Positions 1 to 28,799 of a stretch of DNA of 64,000 bases are shown piece after piece (the stretch's first letter is position 1; each line of letters begins with the position of its first letter). The notes beneath the pieces were generated by a model. The model made no database searches. It saw only the letters and a list, made by a program, of their open reading frames with translations, and had not been told where the DNA came from. Origin of the DNA: Hormiphora californensis (Eukaryota > Animalia > Ctenophora); contig CM035353.1 in the NCBI GenBank assembly GCA_020137815.1, positions 2,914,001-2,978,000 on the forward strand, given 5' to 3'. The position numbers and the translations under genes were made by a program.

Positions 1-208
1 TTTTCGGTTTGAAAATGGATAAATTCGAATGTATGTAACTGACAGATTGTGTGTACATTATAACCAATCAATATATCGTTAGACTAGTCGTGGCCACGTC
101 TAATGATATTTTTAGAATCTCGAGCGCATAAAATAATGTATCTGATATGTTATACATAATGCAAGTTAGAACTATGTTAAATTGTGTAATGAAACCCACC
201 GAGTTTCT

Positions 209-285
<77 letters not shown>

Positions 286-1363
286 CTGATCTCTCTCTCT
301 CAATTAATATTTAATATATTGTATTACATTTAAGAACAATTCAATAAAGTGATCTGAGAAGAAATAGCTGAGAGCGGCTGAGAGAGAAAAGAGAAATAGG
401 AGACTAATTGAACTTAGTAAGAGAGTTGTAAAAAAGAACAATAATTTCAGCAAGTAAAATATTTAAAACTGAAAAAGTGAGAACGACGGCGCCTAAATAG
501 CAGAAGTATGCAGAGAAAAAACGAGTGCTGGTGTTTATAATAAAATTACAGGAAGTAATGGAGTTAAGGTTGTAAAATAAATGTGTGCAAAACAGAAGAA
601 GTAGATGGAAGGAAGAAAGAGAAAGGAAAGATAAGTTTATTAATAAGTAAAAGAAAGAAAAGAGAGATGTTTAAAAGAGAGATGGTTAAATCAAACAGAT
701 AGCTATATAGTGAATTAACTGAATACTCAAGTCAAACAATCACGCAACACAGCCGTGTGCGTGTGTGTGCGTGTGTGTAAAAAGTTAATAAAAATAGTTA
801 CATGTGAGATGCAGCCACAGGTTAACATTATTGATCTCTGCTTTCTCTCTCTCTCTCTCTCACTCTCTCTCTCTCTCTCTTTCTCTCTTTTTCTCTCTCT
901 CTCTTTTTCTCTATCTCTCTCTTTTTCTCTATCTTTCTCTCTCTATCTCTCCCTCTTTCTCTCTCTCAAATTTATTTCCTCTTTTCCTGTCGAACAGTAT
1001 TCAAAGAAGAAGTTAAATTTTCTCAATTTATAAAAAATAAGATGGAGAGATAGATCGAGGCATTAAATATATGGCGGTGGGTCAGCTAGGCTACTGCACA
1101 AAGGAAATGGAGGTAAAATTCTATTAGCAAAGACAAATCCGTTGTTTTCTTGCTGAACCGCAGCTTGTAAATAACGATTTATCTACACGATAAGAAGTAA
1201 ACGAGTTTGAAAGTTTCTCTCTCTCTCCTTTTATTTTACATGTATCTTCTTTTTACTCTTTTCCATTTTTCTCCAACAGCATATGAAGCAATAAAAAAGA
1301 AAAATTGAATTTTACGTTTTATAGCAGTCGTAGAAAACAGAAAATACAAGAGGAAGAGAGAGG

Positions 1364-1470
<107 letters not shown>

Positions 1471-2474
1471 GAGGAAAAGACTAATATATTAATACACAAC
1501 AACCGCTGTATGACTGGTGACTGGTGCGAAATTAATAAACTTTGAGCAATTTTAATAAGCTAGAAAATTAACCAACTCACAGTACTACAATCTATGTCAT
1601 ATAAATAGCAATTCTTTATAATATAGTCAGGGATGTAAAATTAACAGATTTTGATAATTTCTAACATAATATGGAGTGTAACAAAAAAGATGTTTTTGTT
1701 TGTTGATTTGTTTGATTGTTTGTCTTTGGAATCTGGGATATGCGTTTTAGTCCCTGTTTAGCACATTATAGATCAGGGATCAAATTTCAGAGTTTCTGCT
1801 TCTTTTCAATTCTCAAGTTGGTGATGAAATCCCCTATTATATTCGCAGGCTTCGTTTAGCCGCGCTTCGCGCGGCTAGTGTAAGGGGTGACTGTGTCACC
1901 AAATTCTCAAGTGTCATGTCAAGACTTCTTTGCGTTTGTGTAAAGTTGAGTGAAATGTGAATCAAGACAAGGGTTAGCTAATGTTCTAGCTAGCATAGCT
2001 AATGCAAAATTCCTTTTTCACAAAAAAAAATACATAAAACTTCCACATAAATAAGTCGCTTTGTGTACACGAATAATGGCAGCTGATATAAGTGTCCCAA
2101 TACAAATAACGGATATAGTATTTCAAGTCATGGCTGCTCTAAACCGCTTCCAACTTGTACAAAGAACCCCATAACTGCTATATTTCCAAAATCCAATCCT
2201 ATATAATGCTATTATATATAATGCTCAAACAATTTACATATATAATCCCAACTGTTCAACAACAGAACACGGTACGAGTGTGTACAATACACATTTTTAC
2301 AACAAATACCAATGGTAGACAAACACGCGGCAACACTCAACCAGGGAAAAATATTATCACGGCATGGACAATATAAATTCAACACAGTACGTGCAAAAGC
2401 AGCGTGATTGTGTATAAGGGAGTAAAAATAAAACTGTGCAGACTACAATATCAGCATCGCTAACTTTCTCTCTC

Positions 2475-2570
<96 letters not shown>

Positions 2571-3026
2571 TCTCTCTCCCCCCGCACACAGGTAGATAGA
2601 GTTGTGCTAAGTACGTTACAGTTCTTCACATATATTTTATCTAAATCAATGTGTGACATGTATCACACAAATATATTGCATTATTAGAGACCGTTCTAAG
2701 CATATATATATCAGAATCGGGCGATATTACAATGCCCTTTACAGTCACTAAACTGCGACCAACAGTATACACACCCAAACAAAATGTACATAATATTTTC
2801 TTTTCAATTTTCTTCCTTTTCGGTTAAAACATCAAATTCCCAGAATTAATTCCGTTTCTCCCCGGAACACAAACAGCTAAACTCCCAACTCCCAATATAT
2901 GTACATGTAGATAATTCAAACCAAATCGTGTTCCTTGGATTCGGCAAAATAATATGTTATTTAGTTACCTCACTCTGCATGGTATGACGTGATGAATGAC
3001 GTCACTCTATGTTATGACGTCATTGT

Positions 3027-17309
<14,283 letters not shown>

Positions 17310-17762
17310 ATTGAGACGGGGCCCGGGTGTATTATATATCTGGAGCTAGAATAGGATTTTGAGTAAGAGTAATTGTAAACTTCCTATATAATAAAGGGAG
17401 ATCATTATATAGGGAATTAATACCATGTTAATACAGCTAAACTGGTATTACTACTATTATAGGGGTAATAACTACATGATAGGGGAATTAAATGTTAATA
17501 CAGCTAAACTGGTTGTATTACTACTAGGGGTAATAACATGATAATTATCTGGGGGAGCAATAACAGGATGTACATTGCTGTATTATATAACCAAGGGTCA
17601 AGGAAGCAGTGGGAGAGGGGTTAAATCAACAATATATTATATATTAAACACGTGATGTTGTGTGAAGAGAAATAATAAAGAGATAAAGTTTACAATACAT
17701 AAATAGAGCTGACAGTTGGGTTAAATGTATAATAATTTTACCGGCCTGTGTGTGAATAAAAT

Positions 17763-17850
17763 GTACAGGGTGGTCTATAAATTATGAGGCCGGCGGGGGA
17801 GTATCACCCTTTTGGAGGTACGGCCTCATAATTTATGGCCCACCCTGTAT
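17763..17850. mobile_element. Small Tc1/mariner-type MITE
   Basis: TA-CAGGGTGG...CCACCCTG-TA hairpin. Confidence 0.6.
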
Positions 17851-17991
17851 ATAGAGAACACATAAACTCTTTTTGACAAAACAATAATATTGTAATATAT
17901 AAAGCTGAAATAAAATATCTTTAGAGTTCAAAGCTCCGCACCATATACAATATTACGTCATGTAGAAACATGTAGAAACATATATATATAA

Positions 17992-20063
17992 TCACTGCTC
18001 GGCTGTGGCAGCTGGTTCGGGCTCCTGGTTGAGACCTGTAGTTGGATCAGTAGCGAATATCTCCGCTGGTAATTCCTGGTCAGATGACACGGATAAAATA
18101 GCAGATTTATCAAGTGTTATTGTTTCCTCCTCATGTACTGCTGTTGTACAGGGCGGCGTGGAATCTACCTGCCGCCGCTGGTGTTGTGGCTTTAGAAGAC
18201 GGTGTGGAATCTACTGGACATCCTCCCTCATTTGGATCTGGTTGTTGTGATTCTGTTCCATTATTGACTGGTAAGGGTGGCTTGTACTTTTCATCGGGAC
18301 AGTGCACACACGGGATATAGAGACCGCCTGAGGATGAGTCACCGTGACCGATGCACCTCTCTGTTTTTACAATCGGTGGTCGAGCAGGTTGTGAAGTAGG
18401 CGCTGCTGAGGAAGGGGTTGTGGAGGAGGCGCTAGTGGAGCGGGTGCTGAGGAAGGGGGTTGTGGAGGAGGCGCTGGTGGAGCGGCTGCTGAGGAAGGGG
18501 GTTGTGGAGGAGGCGCTAGTGGAGCGGGTGCTGAGGAAGGGGGCTGTGGAGGAGGCGCTGAAACAGGGGTGTTCTCGGTAGCAGGTGCAGGTGTAGCAGG
18601 TGAAATTCTTTGTCTAGTAGCCATTGAGGTGGGAGAGATAGAGGCTGAAGAGGAAGCTGACACCTGGAGTCCGAGGGCAGATAAAACAGGGTTTAGGGAT
18701 ATCGATGTGTTATCTTTGGTTGGTGTGGAGGTAAGGGCTGGTTGGGTGAGAGCCACCCTTGTCCGAGGAGCTTGTCGGGGTTGTGAGGGAGTTAGTGGTA
18801 ATTTCACAGTCGTATCATCCACCATCACAACCTCTAAGGCTGGTGCTGGTTTCCGAGCCACCGGCGGTTTTCGTCCAGCCACACCCTTGGGAGAGCTTCC
18901 TGGTATCATGGTTTTTTTGGAGATCTTAGAGACGAGACTCTTGAGTTGACTGGCATTGGCATGACCCACGGTTAGAACGGGTTTGGGGTGTCCGCGGATG
19001 TTGGTCATTGATCGTGGCCGTTGGTTGGCACGTGCCAATAACGCTGCCCTCTGCTGAGGGCTGGGTACTGCCCGCTGTTGGGGGCTGGGTACTGCCCTCT
19101 GCTGCTGGCTGCCACTTGGGATTGGAGGGGTTAACTGGAGCACTTGAGAGGGCGCCTCAATATCAATGATAACTGTCTCTTGGGAAGGGTTCTTGGAGAC
19201 ACGCACCACATTCTCTGTAACCCCAGGTTGAACTGACTGATTGATTGATTTGGCAGCACCCTCTACGGGAGGATGATGCAGTCGGGATCTTCCTGCTGGT
19301 GATGGCCCAGCTGATGTGGGTGGTTTGTATGTTTTAACAGCTGGGACTGTCTTATTGTTCAACAGGCTAATGCCTTTCAGAAAGTTATTAGAAACGGGCG
19401 CCTTGGATTGTTGGTCTGGCCTGGTGACCTGTTGCGGGGAACTACCAGCACTGCTCGCCCCACTAGTACTTCCCCCAGGGACAGCCTTTTGTAGGTCGTT
19501 TGTCACAAGTTTAACACACTTTTTGATTGAATCCTGGAATTGAGAATCCACAGCCGTACCACGTCGCCTCTTAGCTAGGTTTGCCAAACTTTGTGCCCGT
19601 ATGTTGGTTGCTATCTGACGCTTCTTTCCTGCCGTTAGCGGCGTAACACCTGAAACAATGTCATAGTAACAATTCTACCGGGATTTTCATGAGTAAATTG
19701 AAATAAACCGTACCTGAGGTGGTGGGCAAGGTGGCGAGGTTGTTGTTGGTGAAAAACTTCGTAGCATCGTTCACGGAGACTATACAGGAAGAAAACAACC
19801 GACTTAACTTGTCACCTGACTTAACACATCCCGTACTGTGAAGAGTGCTTATTTCTAGCTGCATTGCCTGCTGCGTATATCCATCTTCATGCAACTGACT
19901 GAAAGTTTGATGAGTTTTAGACCTCCGATTACTGGATTTTGCGAAAACCGGGGTACCGGTTCCGATAACTGGATTAAATAAACTATCACTGTAGTACGGA
20001 GGAATTTATTTACCTTATAATCATATAGTACAGATACTTCTTTTCAGGAGACAGAATCCTCAT
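17992..20063 (-). CDS. Protein with an N-terminal CstF-50(CSTF1)-like dimerization domain and a long Pro/Ser/Gln-rich tail; exons 20063-20014, 19898-19714, 19649-17992; two apparent frameshifts in the last exon
   Basis: Spliced N-terminus MRILSPEKKYLYYMIISQLHEDGYTQQAMQL...GDKLSRLF resembles CstF-50 LYKLIISQLLYDGY...SEQLLHLI and joins in frame to ORF 18367..19587. Confidence 0.7.
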
Positions 20064-21188
20064 TTTCCTTCGTCTAGAAACGGAGAAAAGTCAGAAATTC
20101 AGTTTAAAATTTAAAATTTTTAAAATCTGTAACTTTTGATTTAAAAAAGCGACGCGACTCCACCTCAATATTTTAATTATTGTGCGCTGCTTTTGACGTA
20201 GCGCGCGAAATTTGTTTTATCTGTAAAGCTAAGTCTGTGACGCGCATCGTAAAACTCAATTGAGCTCAGCTGAGGTTAAAAAAGTGGCCAGCGTTAAAAT
20301 CTGAGTGTTTCGTGAGTGCTGACGAACGGTTTTTTAGGGTTAGGGCTAAAGTAGGGATAGGGTTAGGGTTGGGGTTTGGGTGGGGATTAGGCCTTGACAT
20401 TTCCTACCAGATAAACTTTGAATTAGCCAAAACGGTTGAGTGGTTCGGCGGTTATAGCCGTTTTAGTGAATCAACTTTTTTGGCAGCGCACACCTGTAAA
20501 GAGGCCACCAAACACCCAGATCGCAACGGCTCCCGTAAAAAGTGGCTAGCGTTAAAATCTGGGTGTTTCGTGAGTGCTGACATACGATTTTTAGGGTTAG
20601 GGCCAAAGTAGGGTTAGGGTTGGGGTTTAGTTGGGGTTAGGCCTTGACATTTCCTACCAGATAAACTTTAAATTAGCCAAAACGGTTGAGTGGTTTGGCA
20701 GTTAGAGCCATTTTAGTGAATCAACTTTTTTGGCAGCGTGCACTTGTAAACAGGCCACGAAACACCCAGATCGTAACGGTGCCCGTAAAAAATGGCCAGC
20801 GTTAAAATATTATGTAAACCCCCATAATTTTTGAATGAGAGCCTTAATGAAAAATCGCTACACAGGTTTCATACTCATTGGTCTGTAGAACAAGTGTGCC
20901 AAACGACAATGTCCAGATCCTAGCCGTTTTCTCAGAAAGTGGTTAACCATGAGCAAAAATGGGGTTTAGAGGGGACCCATAATGTCGATTTTTCCAGATT
21001 CTGTTAACCCCCAAATAATTCAAAGACCAGTTGGACTTATGGTCTAAAAAATTTGTAGAGTGATTCCTCTTGATAAACGAAGCGTTTTGCACTAAATTGA
21101 ATGTCCCAAACCCTACCAGTCCTAAAATATTGGGGTTTACATTGACATCAGGCCAAAAGTTAATCCCATTTTTCTCCCAGACCGTTAA

Positions 21189-21639
21189 AGGTTGACAAGA
21201 TACCTAAAACTTTTCGTATATCGTCTTATTTTGATTTATCATTAATTTTCAGCATTTTTTCAGCATTTTTTGTCGGCTAGAAAAAAAATTCGAAATAGGG
21301 GGTCTACCGATATTGTCAGCACTGGTTTTACTGGGCACACTCACTGCGTCTCGCAAATTGAAATTCACGTTTCCGGTTCCTCAAAAGATAGCTACTTGAT
21401 CTTGGTTGCGTTGGATTGGTCTCAATAAGACCTTTCCAACGCTACCAAAACGGTTTCTGTATCTCATCAGGAACCGGAGATATTACGGTATCAATTTTTA
21501 AATTGTGCCTCTCGTTTATCAGTATACCCCCTATTTTGCACATATTTCTAGCCGACAAAAAATTCTGAAAAAATGCTGAAAATTAATGATAAATCAAAAT
21601 AAGACGATATACGAAAAGTTTTAGGTATCTTGTCAACCT
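21189..21639. mobile_element. Kolobok-like MITE
   Basis: TTAA|AGGTTGACAAG...CTTGTCAACCT|TTAA; empty site in the duplicate near 23780. Confidence 0.8.
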
Positions 21640-22464
21640 TTAACGAACAATACATTTTGTCATATCCATCTGGTCCGGTATGCCAAGCGCTATCAAATGA
21701 TGGTAACCCCGAAGATGGCCCAAAATGGGGATCAAAAATCGGTCGACCCCCCCCCCCTCTGAATCTCTCTTTTCTTGCTTGTCGGTGCACTACGCACACC
21801 AGGAACATGCCCCAACATTCCTATATATCTCTGTCTGCTGTCACACTTCACACACTGCACTCTGTTAGAGTACTGCTATATCTCTCTGTGAATGACGTTT
21901 TTATTTCCCTGCGACTTCCATAATGTTGTCGCTTTATCCCTGTCATTAAGGTCCGTACGTATAGTACATAAGTTTGTACCAGTCGTATTAGCTGTCGTTA
22001 TTTGGGACTCCACATGCTATCAGATTGTCAAAATCAAGTAAAATCGCCCCACGTCCCCCACCGGGGCTTGCAGCCCATGGACCGTGGACCCTGCTTCTGG
22101 GTGGGGGGCTGTCGGTAAAGCTGTCGCCCCCTACGCCCGGGGTTGTTGCCCCTGGCACGGACGGTTAAGGCAGCTCGTTGCCGAAGACCACGAGCCGCCC
22201 CTGCAAAGCACATGCAAGGCACAAATTTTTACCGAAAAAGATTGCAACGCACGATGGAAACTTTCAGTTTGGAGTGATAAAATTTCGAAATTGCTTGCAA
22301 GGCATACTGATGTTGTTGAACCCTCCCTCTTCTCTTACACTCGTTTTTTGTGCACCTAACACATGTCAACTTGTGGTGCACGGGTCAAAAATCAAACATC
22401 AAAATTGACAATTATCACATGAGTTCGGGGTTGACAAAAATCCGACTATACTTACCTCCTCCCA

Positions 22465-22944
22465 CACGGTGTCCCTTAAGGACGTTCAACCTCGACCGAG
22501 TCCCCCAGCAAAACGAACGGTTGTGTGACCTAAAGGGGACCTCTGGGAACTACGCAGGACCGTGGGGGAAAAAATAAAAAAGTAGCCAAAGGAGAAAATC
22601 ACATTTAGGGCAAAAAAGCACACAAAAAAACCAAAAAACGCCATTTTAACAATGTTGCCGTGGATTTAGAGTTCCAATTCCAGCGGCAATCGATTCGGCT
22701 TGTCAAAAAACCCTGGATTGACTTGATTTTGGTCGAAAAAAAAATAGATTGGAAAATTTGGAATGTTGTGTGAGAAAAATGACCAAATTCTACATTCCAA
22801 ATTTTCCAATCTATTTTTTTTGGCTACTTTTATATCTTTTCCCCCACGGTCCTGCACAGTTCCCAGAGGTCCCCTTTAGGTCACACAACCGTTCGTTTTG
22901 CTGGGGGACTCGGTCGAGGTTGAACGTCCTTAAGGGACACCGTG
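22465..22944. mobile_element. Chapaev-like non-autonomous TIR element
   Basis: CACGGTG...CACCGTG termini, ~125-bp TIRs, 4-bp TSD ccca. Confidence 0.7.
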
Positions 22945-25144
22945 CCCAGTATACGTACATAGTGGTCAAATATGGGGAACATTCACCCCTCTCGTCATGA
23001 GCACCTTTGGCGGCATGGGAGATGAGTTTGAGAAATTCCTCAAGAAGTTATCGAGTCCAGGGTGGAGTACCAGGAGTGGTGGATTGTGAAGCCACTCTTG
23101 TTGTGTCCCTCTCCCATCTTCTCCGTGTGCCAACACAACACTTTAATGGTACACCCGCACAGTCGTGTTCCAGTGCTGACAAACGGTTTTTTAGGGTTAG
23201 GGCCAAAGTAGGGTTAGGGTTGGGGTTTAGGTTGGGGTTAGGCCTTGACATTTCCTACCAGATAAACTTTGAATTAGCCAAAACGGTTGAGTGGTTTGGC
23301 AGTTAGAGCCATTTTAGTGAATCAAATTTTTTGGCAGCGCGCACCTGTAAAGAGGCCACCAAACACCCAGATCGTAACGGTGCCTGTAAAAAATGGCCAG
23401 CGTTAAAATATTATGTAAACCCCCATAATTTTTGAATGAGAGCCTTAATCAAAATTCGCTAAACAGGTTTCATACTCCAAACGTGTGCCAAACGACAATT
23501 TCCAGATCCTAGCCGTTTTCTCAGAAAGTGGTTAACCATGAGCAAAAATGGGGTTTAGAGGGGGGCCATAATGTCGATTTTTCCAGATTCTGTTAACCCC
23601 CAAATAATTCAAAGACCAGTTGGACTTATGGTCTAAAAAATTTGTAGAGTGATTCCTCTTGATAAGACGAAGCGTTTTGCACTAAATTGAATGTCCCAAA
23701 CCCTACCAGTCCTAAAATATTGGGGTTTACATTGATATCAGGCCAAAAGGCAAAAGTTAACCCCATTTTTCTCCCAGACCGTTTACGAACAATACATTTT
23801 GTCATCTCCATCTGGTCCGGTATGCCAAGAGCTATCAAATGATGGTAACCCCGATTGTCAAAATCAAGTAAAATCGCCCCACGTCCCCCACCGGGGCTTG
23901 CAGCCCATGGACCCTGCTTGTGAAAAAGGTATCTGCAAGTAAGGGGAAATCATAGTTGTTCCCCCTTTTCATAGAATTGGTTTTTTGCAATTACAGCAAA
24001 AACGGTTGGAGTTGGAGCAAAATGTCTCTCAGAAGACCCCCCCCCCCCCCAAAAAATCGGACCTTCTGAATCGATTAAGCTTGGTCGCAGGTCTCTACGA
24101 TCATCCGTTTTTGAGATACAGGGAATTTCCCTCTTTTTCAAAAAGACGGGTTTCACAAAACAAGCTCTGTACACCACATCTTTGGCGTTCCAAAATTTTT
24201 GGGCCACATAGATAATCGTTTTGAGCAACTATTTCCAGATTTTCATCTCTAATGAAGCATGGGAACATTCTCAGTCAGCGTGTCAAAGACCCAAAAAAGT
24301 AAGCCGTTCTCATGGCCAGAAATAAGCTTCATTTCAAAAATCCTTGTTTGGGCTTATTCACTTTTATATTCTCTTCAAATTCCAAGAATTTAATGTTTCT
24401 AACTCAAAAAAAGTGGTCCTGAGGTTAAAAATTCCGACAAAAATTGAAAAAACGCCACTTTGAAAATAGGCTGTAGCAAAAATATGAATTCGACTTTAGG
24501 GCTAAAATTGCATATTTGAGGTCCATTTTGTATGGCCTAAACCCTGGTGAAGTCATTTGGTTGGGCAAACTATGTTGAAAAACGCCAGGTATACCCTTAA
24601 TGGCCCCCGAGGGTTCCATTAAATTGGGGGTGCCGTTAAATCGGGGTACTTGAATTGAGTACCTGCCATGTTTTGACATTTCCCAACCTAATCCATCCCA
24701 CATTTAGCTCCAATATCATGTCTGAGGAAGTCTGTGGTAACGCTATGTCCGCACTACACGTGTGTCTAACTGAGAATGGTGTTGAGGGGTGTGCGGAGTT
24801 TGTTGCGGCTTTGACGGAGTGTTGTGCAGCCAATAACAGCTCTACGGGTGTCTGTGAGGTATCAACTGCAGGATCTTAACCCAACAAATGGCAAGAAAGA
24901 TGTTTTCCGAAGTATCTGGGGACTCCTTGTTTGAAGATTGGTTTTTATTTAAATCGGGTTTAATTCCTTCGTCGCGAGAGCATCGTCGGTCAACGTTTGA
25001 CTTATATATTATCCCACTTTGACAAGTTTTTTTAATAACATTTCTTTTCGTAAAATATATAAATTTAGTGTTTTAATTGCCTGATACATATCTCAATATA
25101 GCACATTCCTAACATAACACCACTGTTCCATAGCAAGGTAAACC

Positions 25145-26740
25145 ATGGCTCGGAATCAAGAAAAGGCAATGTGAGTAAATTGTAGAAATTGTGAATATAT
25201 AACTCTTGTAATAAGAATAGTATTCACTTTCGGGTACACCTAAGAATTAATAAGAGTTTTCGGTGTACCTGATCACTGCGCTGGCAAGCGCAAAGGTGGC
25301 CTAGTATTCTAACATTGGGAAATAGGAGTTACCTAAATACAGCTGTATTATTTCGTTGAAATAGGAGTTACCAATTTCTACACGTAAATTAATATTTTGA
25401 TATTTCCAGGTCTCTCCTTGGACGATGGTATACCTATCAGAAGGAATTGGAGAACCCAGGGGCACCGGTGGGTTATTAAAACATGATATAGTCCATTTTT
25501 ATTTCCCTGCCCGGGTGGATGCCCCAAGGGCATCCACCCGGATGATCGTTTTAGCACGTGTGCTAAAAAGATCATAAAGGGTTTAGAAATCTCGGATTTG
25601 AAATAGTAACTCGAGCGTGGTCAAAATCGCGTGTGTCACGGTAGCAGCATAGTAACTGCTCCTTCATAAAATCAAATAACTGTTTTGATGAAATATGATG
25701 TCAGGACGCTTATTTTTCAAAGCTGTGCGCGGCGCTCACAACACTGTTGCTGAAGGGGTGAGGGTAGAGTAAAACAGCTGTGTAACTGCATATACATACA
25801 GGACGCATGCATCTCACATTGTGACCAAGCCTTGATATTGTGATACTGATAGTGTGATACTGATCCTGTCGACGGAGGGCAGGGAAACACCGCATTATGA
25901 ATACATAATGCAATAATTCTTGTTCAATTTTTTCGAACAGTTGAAAAAATGGACTGTTTGAGACAGGGGACTTCTCTTCCCTTCTTATTCCATGAACCAC
26001 GCTCATTAACGTCCAATTACTACTGTAGCTTACAAAGCAATTGAGGCCGATATTGCACCCTTTTTAGTTCTCGGTTCCTACTTTTGAGAAAAGGGCGATC
26101 TTTAGAATTGTCCTCAAGTTGTCACACTTGATTTTTTGACTTTATGTAAGGCGCGGTGACTCCAGTACGAGTGGTCATCAGGAAACCTCGGCGCAATGAG
26201 AGAGCCTGGCTTCTCGCGCGCGCACACATTCCCTCGATCGGACCGGGGTTCAAGTTTTGGAATTTGGTGACTAAAAACTTGCCTTGTATTGTTCGAACAA
26301 AACAACTAAAAACAACCATCCCTTTCAGAAAAAGAGACCATATCTGGCTACACACTGCAACAACCTCAAAGCAGCTGAGAAATGGAGAACCCAAATTATG
26401 AAAGAGATTGGAAAGAAGGTGTCACAGATTCAGAATGCGGGATTGGGAGAGTTCAGGATTAGGGATTTAAATGATGAAATAAACAAACTCATACGAGAAA
26501 AGGCTCATTGGTAAGATATTATGGCGAAAAAAAACGAAAATCCAGTACTCAGTACCGATTATATGACGATGTTTTAGAGTTTTGATGTTTTGATGTTTCT
26601 CACAAAAACATGATTTCAGGCAAGACAGAATCATTGAGTTAGAGGGTCCAAACTACCACAAGATTGGACCCAAAATGTTAGATCGCGAGGGGAAGGAATT
26701 ACCAGGTAAGGTGAAATATCAGATTTATTTATTTCCCTCA

Positions 26741-26813
<73 letters not shown>

Positions 26814-26821
26814 GCTCTCGC

Positions 26822-26901
<80 letters not shown>

Positions 26902-26913
26902 TCTCTCTCTCTC

Positions 26914-26974
<61 letters not shown>

Positions 26975-27992
26975 CACCTTTCTCCCTGTCTCCCCCGGTT
27001 CTTTTTAAAAACCTTTAAACCCACCACCCTCCTTTCCAGGTAACAGAGGGTACAAGTATTTCGGTGCAGCTAAAGATTTGCCGGGTGTCAGGGAATTGTT
27101 TGAAGAGGAACCTTCGAGAGGACCTCGGAAAACTCGGGGTGATTTGATGAAAGATGTCGATGCATATTATTATGGATATTTGGATGATGAGGACGGCCTT
27201 CTGATGGAATTAGAGAAGGAGGTGGAGAAAAAAGGTACACTTTTAGAGAAATAATTGCCTAGCTCGACCCTCTTTCCGTGTGCTGTCGATGTATTAAGGA
27301 GGGTTCAAGCCCAACAAAATATGTTGGTGGAGGAAGATCGAAAAAAAATAACTCCTTTTTTCACTCTTTCCCCACCCCCGTCCATAATCATGTAGATATA
27401 TATCCCCGAACAAGAAAGATTTATTAATTGTAACATCCCTCAGCACGAGCTATCGCCGTAGAGGAGTGGAAGTTAAAGAAGAGAAACGGGAGAGATCGAC
27501 AAGGAACTAGAAGAGCAGGAGAAACAAGAACGAGAGGAAGAAGGAGGAACGGGAACGGGAACGAATTAGAGAGGTTAGTTGTACTGACATGTGGTCTACG
27601 ATCAATACCATCCTATTCCATTTGTTACTACACATCAGAAACAGACCGAATCAGAAAATACTGGTCCCCGATTGGCTGATAACCTGTCACGTGACCTAAA
27701 TAACGAATTCTGATTGGTTGTTTACTTGTTTCGGTCGGTTCCTGCTACACATGTGCAGTACTTTCTAACCATCTCTCCTCAGCGAATGCAGTTAGATGAA
27801 GGAGAGGAAGATACCGAGTTGAAACAACCTGCTGCACGTACTGTCCCACTTGATATTCCATCCCAGCAAGACGTTGAGTTTGAGTTGTTACGAAAAAAGA
27901 AAATGGAGCTTCTACTAAAATACGCCAGTGATGATCTCCAGAAAAGTAGCGAAAATGCAAAAACGCTGCTGGGTCGGGGACTCAACTTTTAG
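25145..27992 (+). CDS. ISY1: Pre-mRNA splicing factor ISY1, 7 exons (approx. 25145-25170, 25410-25467, 26329-26510, 26620-26705, 27040-27234, 27444-27573, 27783-27992)
   Basis: MARNQEKAM, KRPYLAT, IQNAGLGEFRIRDLNDEINKLIREK.HW, GNRGYKYFGAAKDLPGVRELF, IPSQQDVE..LLRKKKMELL.KY. Exon 6 needs an indel correction. Confidence 0.95.
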
Positions 27993-28691
27993 CCATATAT
28001 ATATAACAGGAACCGACCGAATCAGGAAACACTGGTCCCTGATTGGCTGATAACCAGTCACGTGACCTAAATAACGAGTTCTAATTGGTTGTTTACTTGT
28101 TTCGGTCGGTTCCTGATATATAACTAAACTCATTCAGACTCAATGCGTGGACTTTTATCTATTTTTTGTTTTATTTATTTTTATTCTGCCCATGTATGAA
28201 GATTCAAGACGATATATATCAGTAAATATTTAGATCACAATCCACTTTATAAATGCCAATAACCAATAATGCCAACCCAATTCCAGGAATGGTAGGCAGG
28301 TGAAAGGTCATGGTTCCTCAAGTATTTTCCCTCGGAAAGATCTGAAGGCCAAAGGTATCTGTGAAAAGAAGTGAGCCCTAGAATGAAGTTAGGCCAAAAA
28401 GGTCATCCTTTAATCTCTTCTGGTTAAAAGGTATTCTCTCTCTCTCTAATAGACTAATATATCACGCTTTCAACTCTTTCTCTGGGTACAAGTTCTGGAT
28501 CTCGCTCGAGACAGCCTCGTCAGACTCGGCGGGAGATAGAGCGCGTAGAGCCAGAGGGCGTCGGTGAGCGAGTAGCTCGGCAGAGAGCCTCGGTCTCCTC
28601 TAGTCTATCTCTCCATTATATGTCTGAGACTCTGCTCTCTCGATATTATTCGTCTCGTCTCCGTATCTTCTACTCTCTTTCTCTTCGATCA

Positions 28692-28784
<93 letters not shown>

Positions 28785-28799
28785 ATATCTCCATCCTAG

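Larger units (their letters stand above)
20572..23920. repeat. Local duplication (20572-22095 vs 23172-23920) of a repeat containing TTAGGG-like runs
   Basis: Near-identical blocks. The second copy lacks the 21189-21639 insert and ~21712-22023. Confidence 0.75.

Noticed and set aside
20334-20645. Interstitial telomere or chromosome fusion site (also ~23190, ~34400)
   Set aside because: Only short degenerate TTAGGG runs embedded in dispersed repeats.
28150-28790. ATP6V1D pseudogenisation or a novel 5' region
   Set aside because: The sequence looks deletion-riddled beside a (CT)n tract while downstream exons are pristine; likely low-quality consensus.
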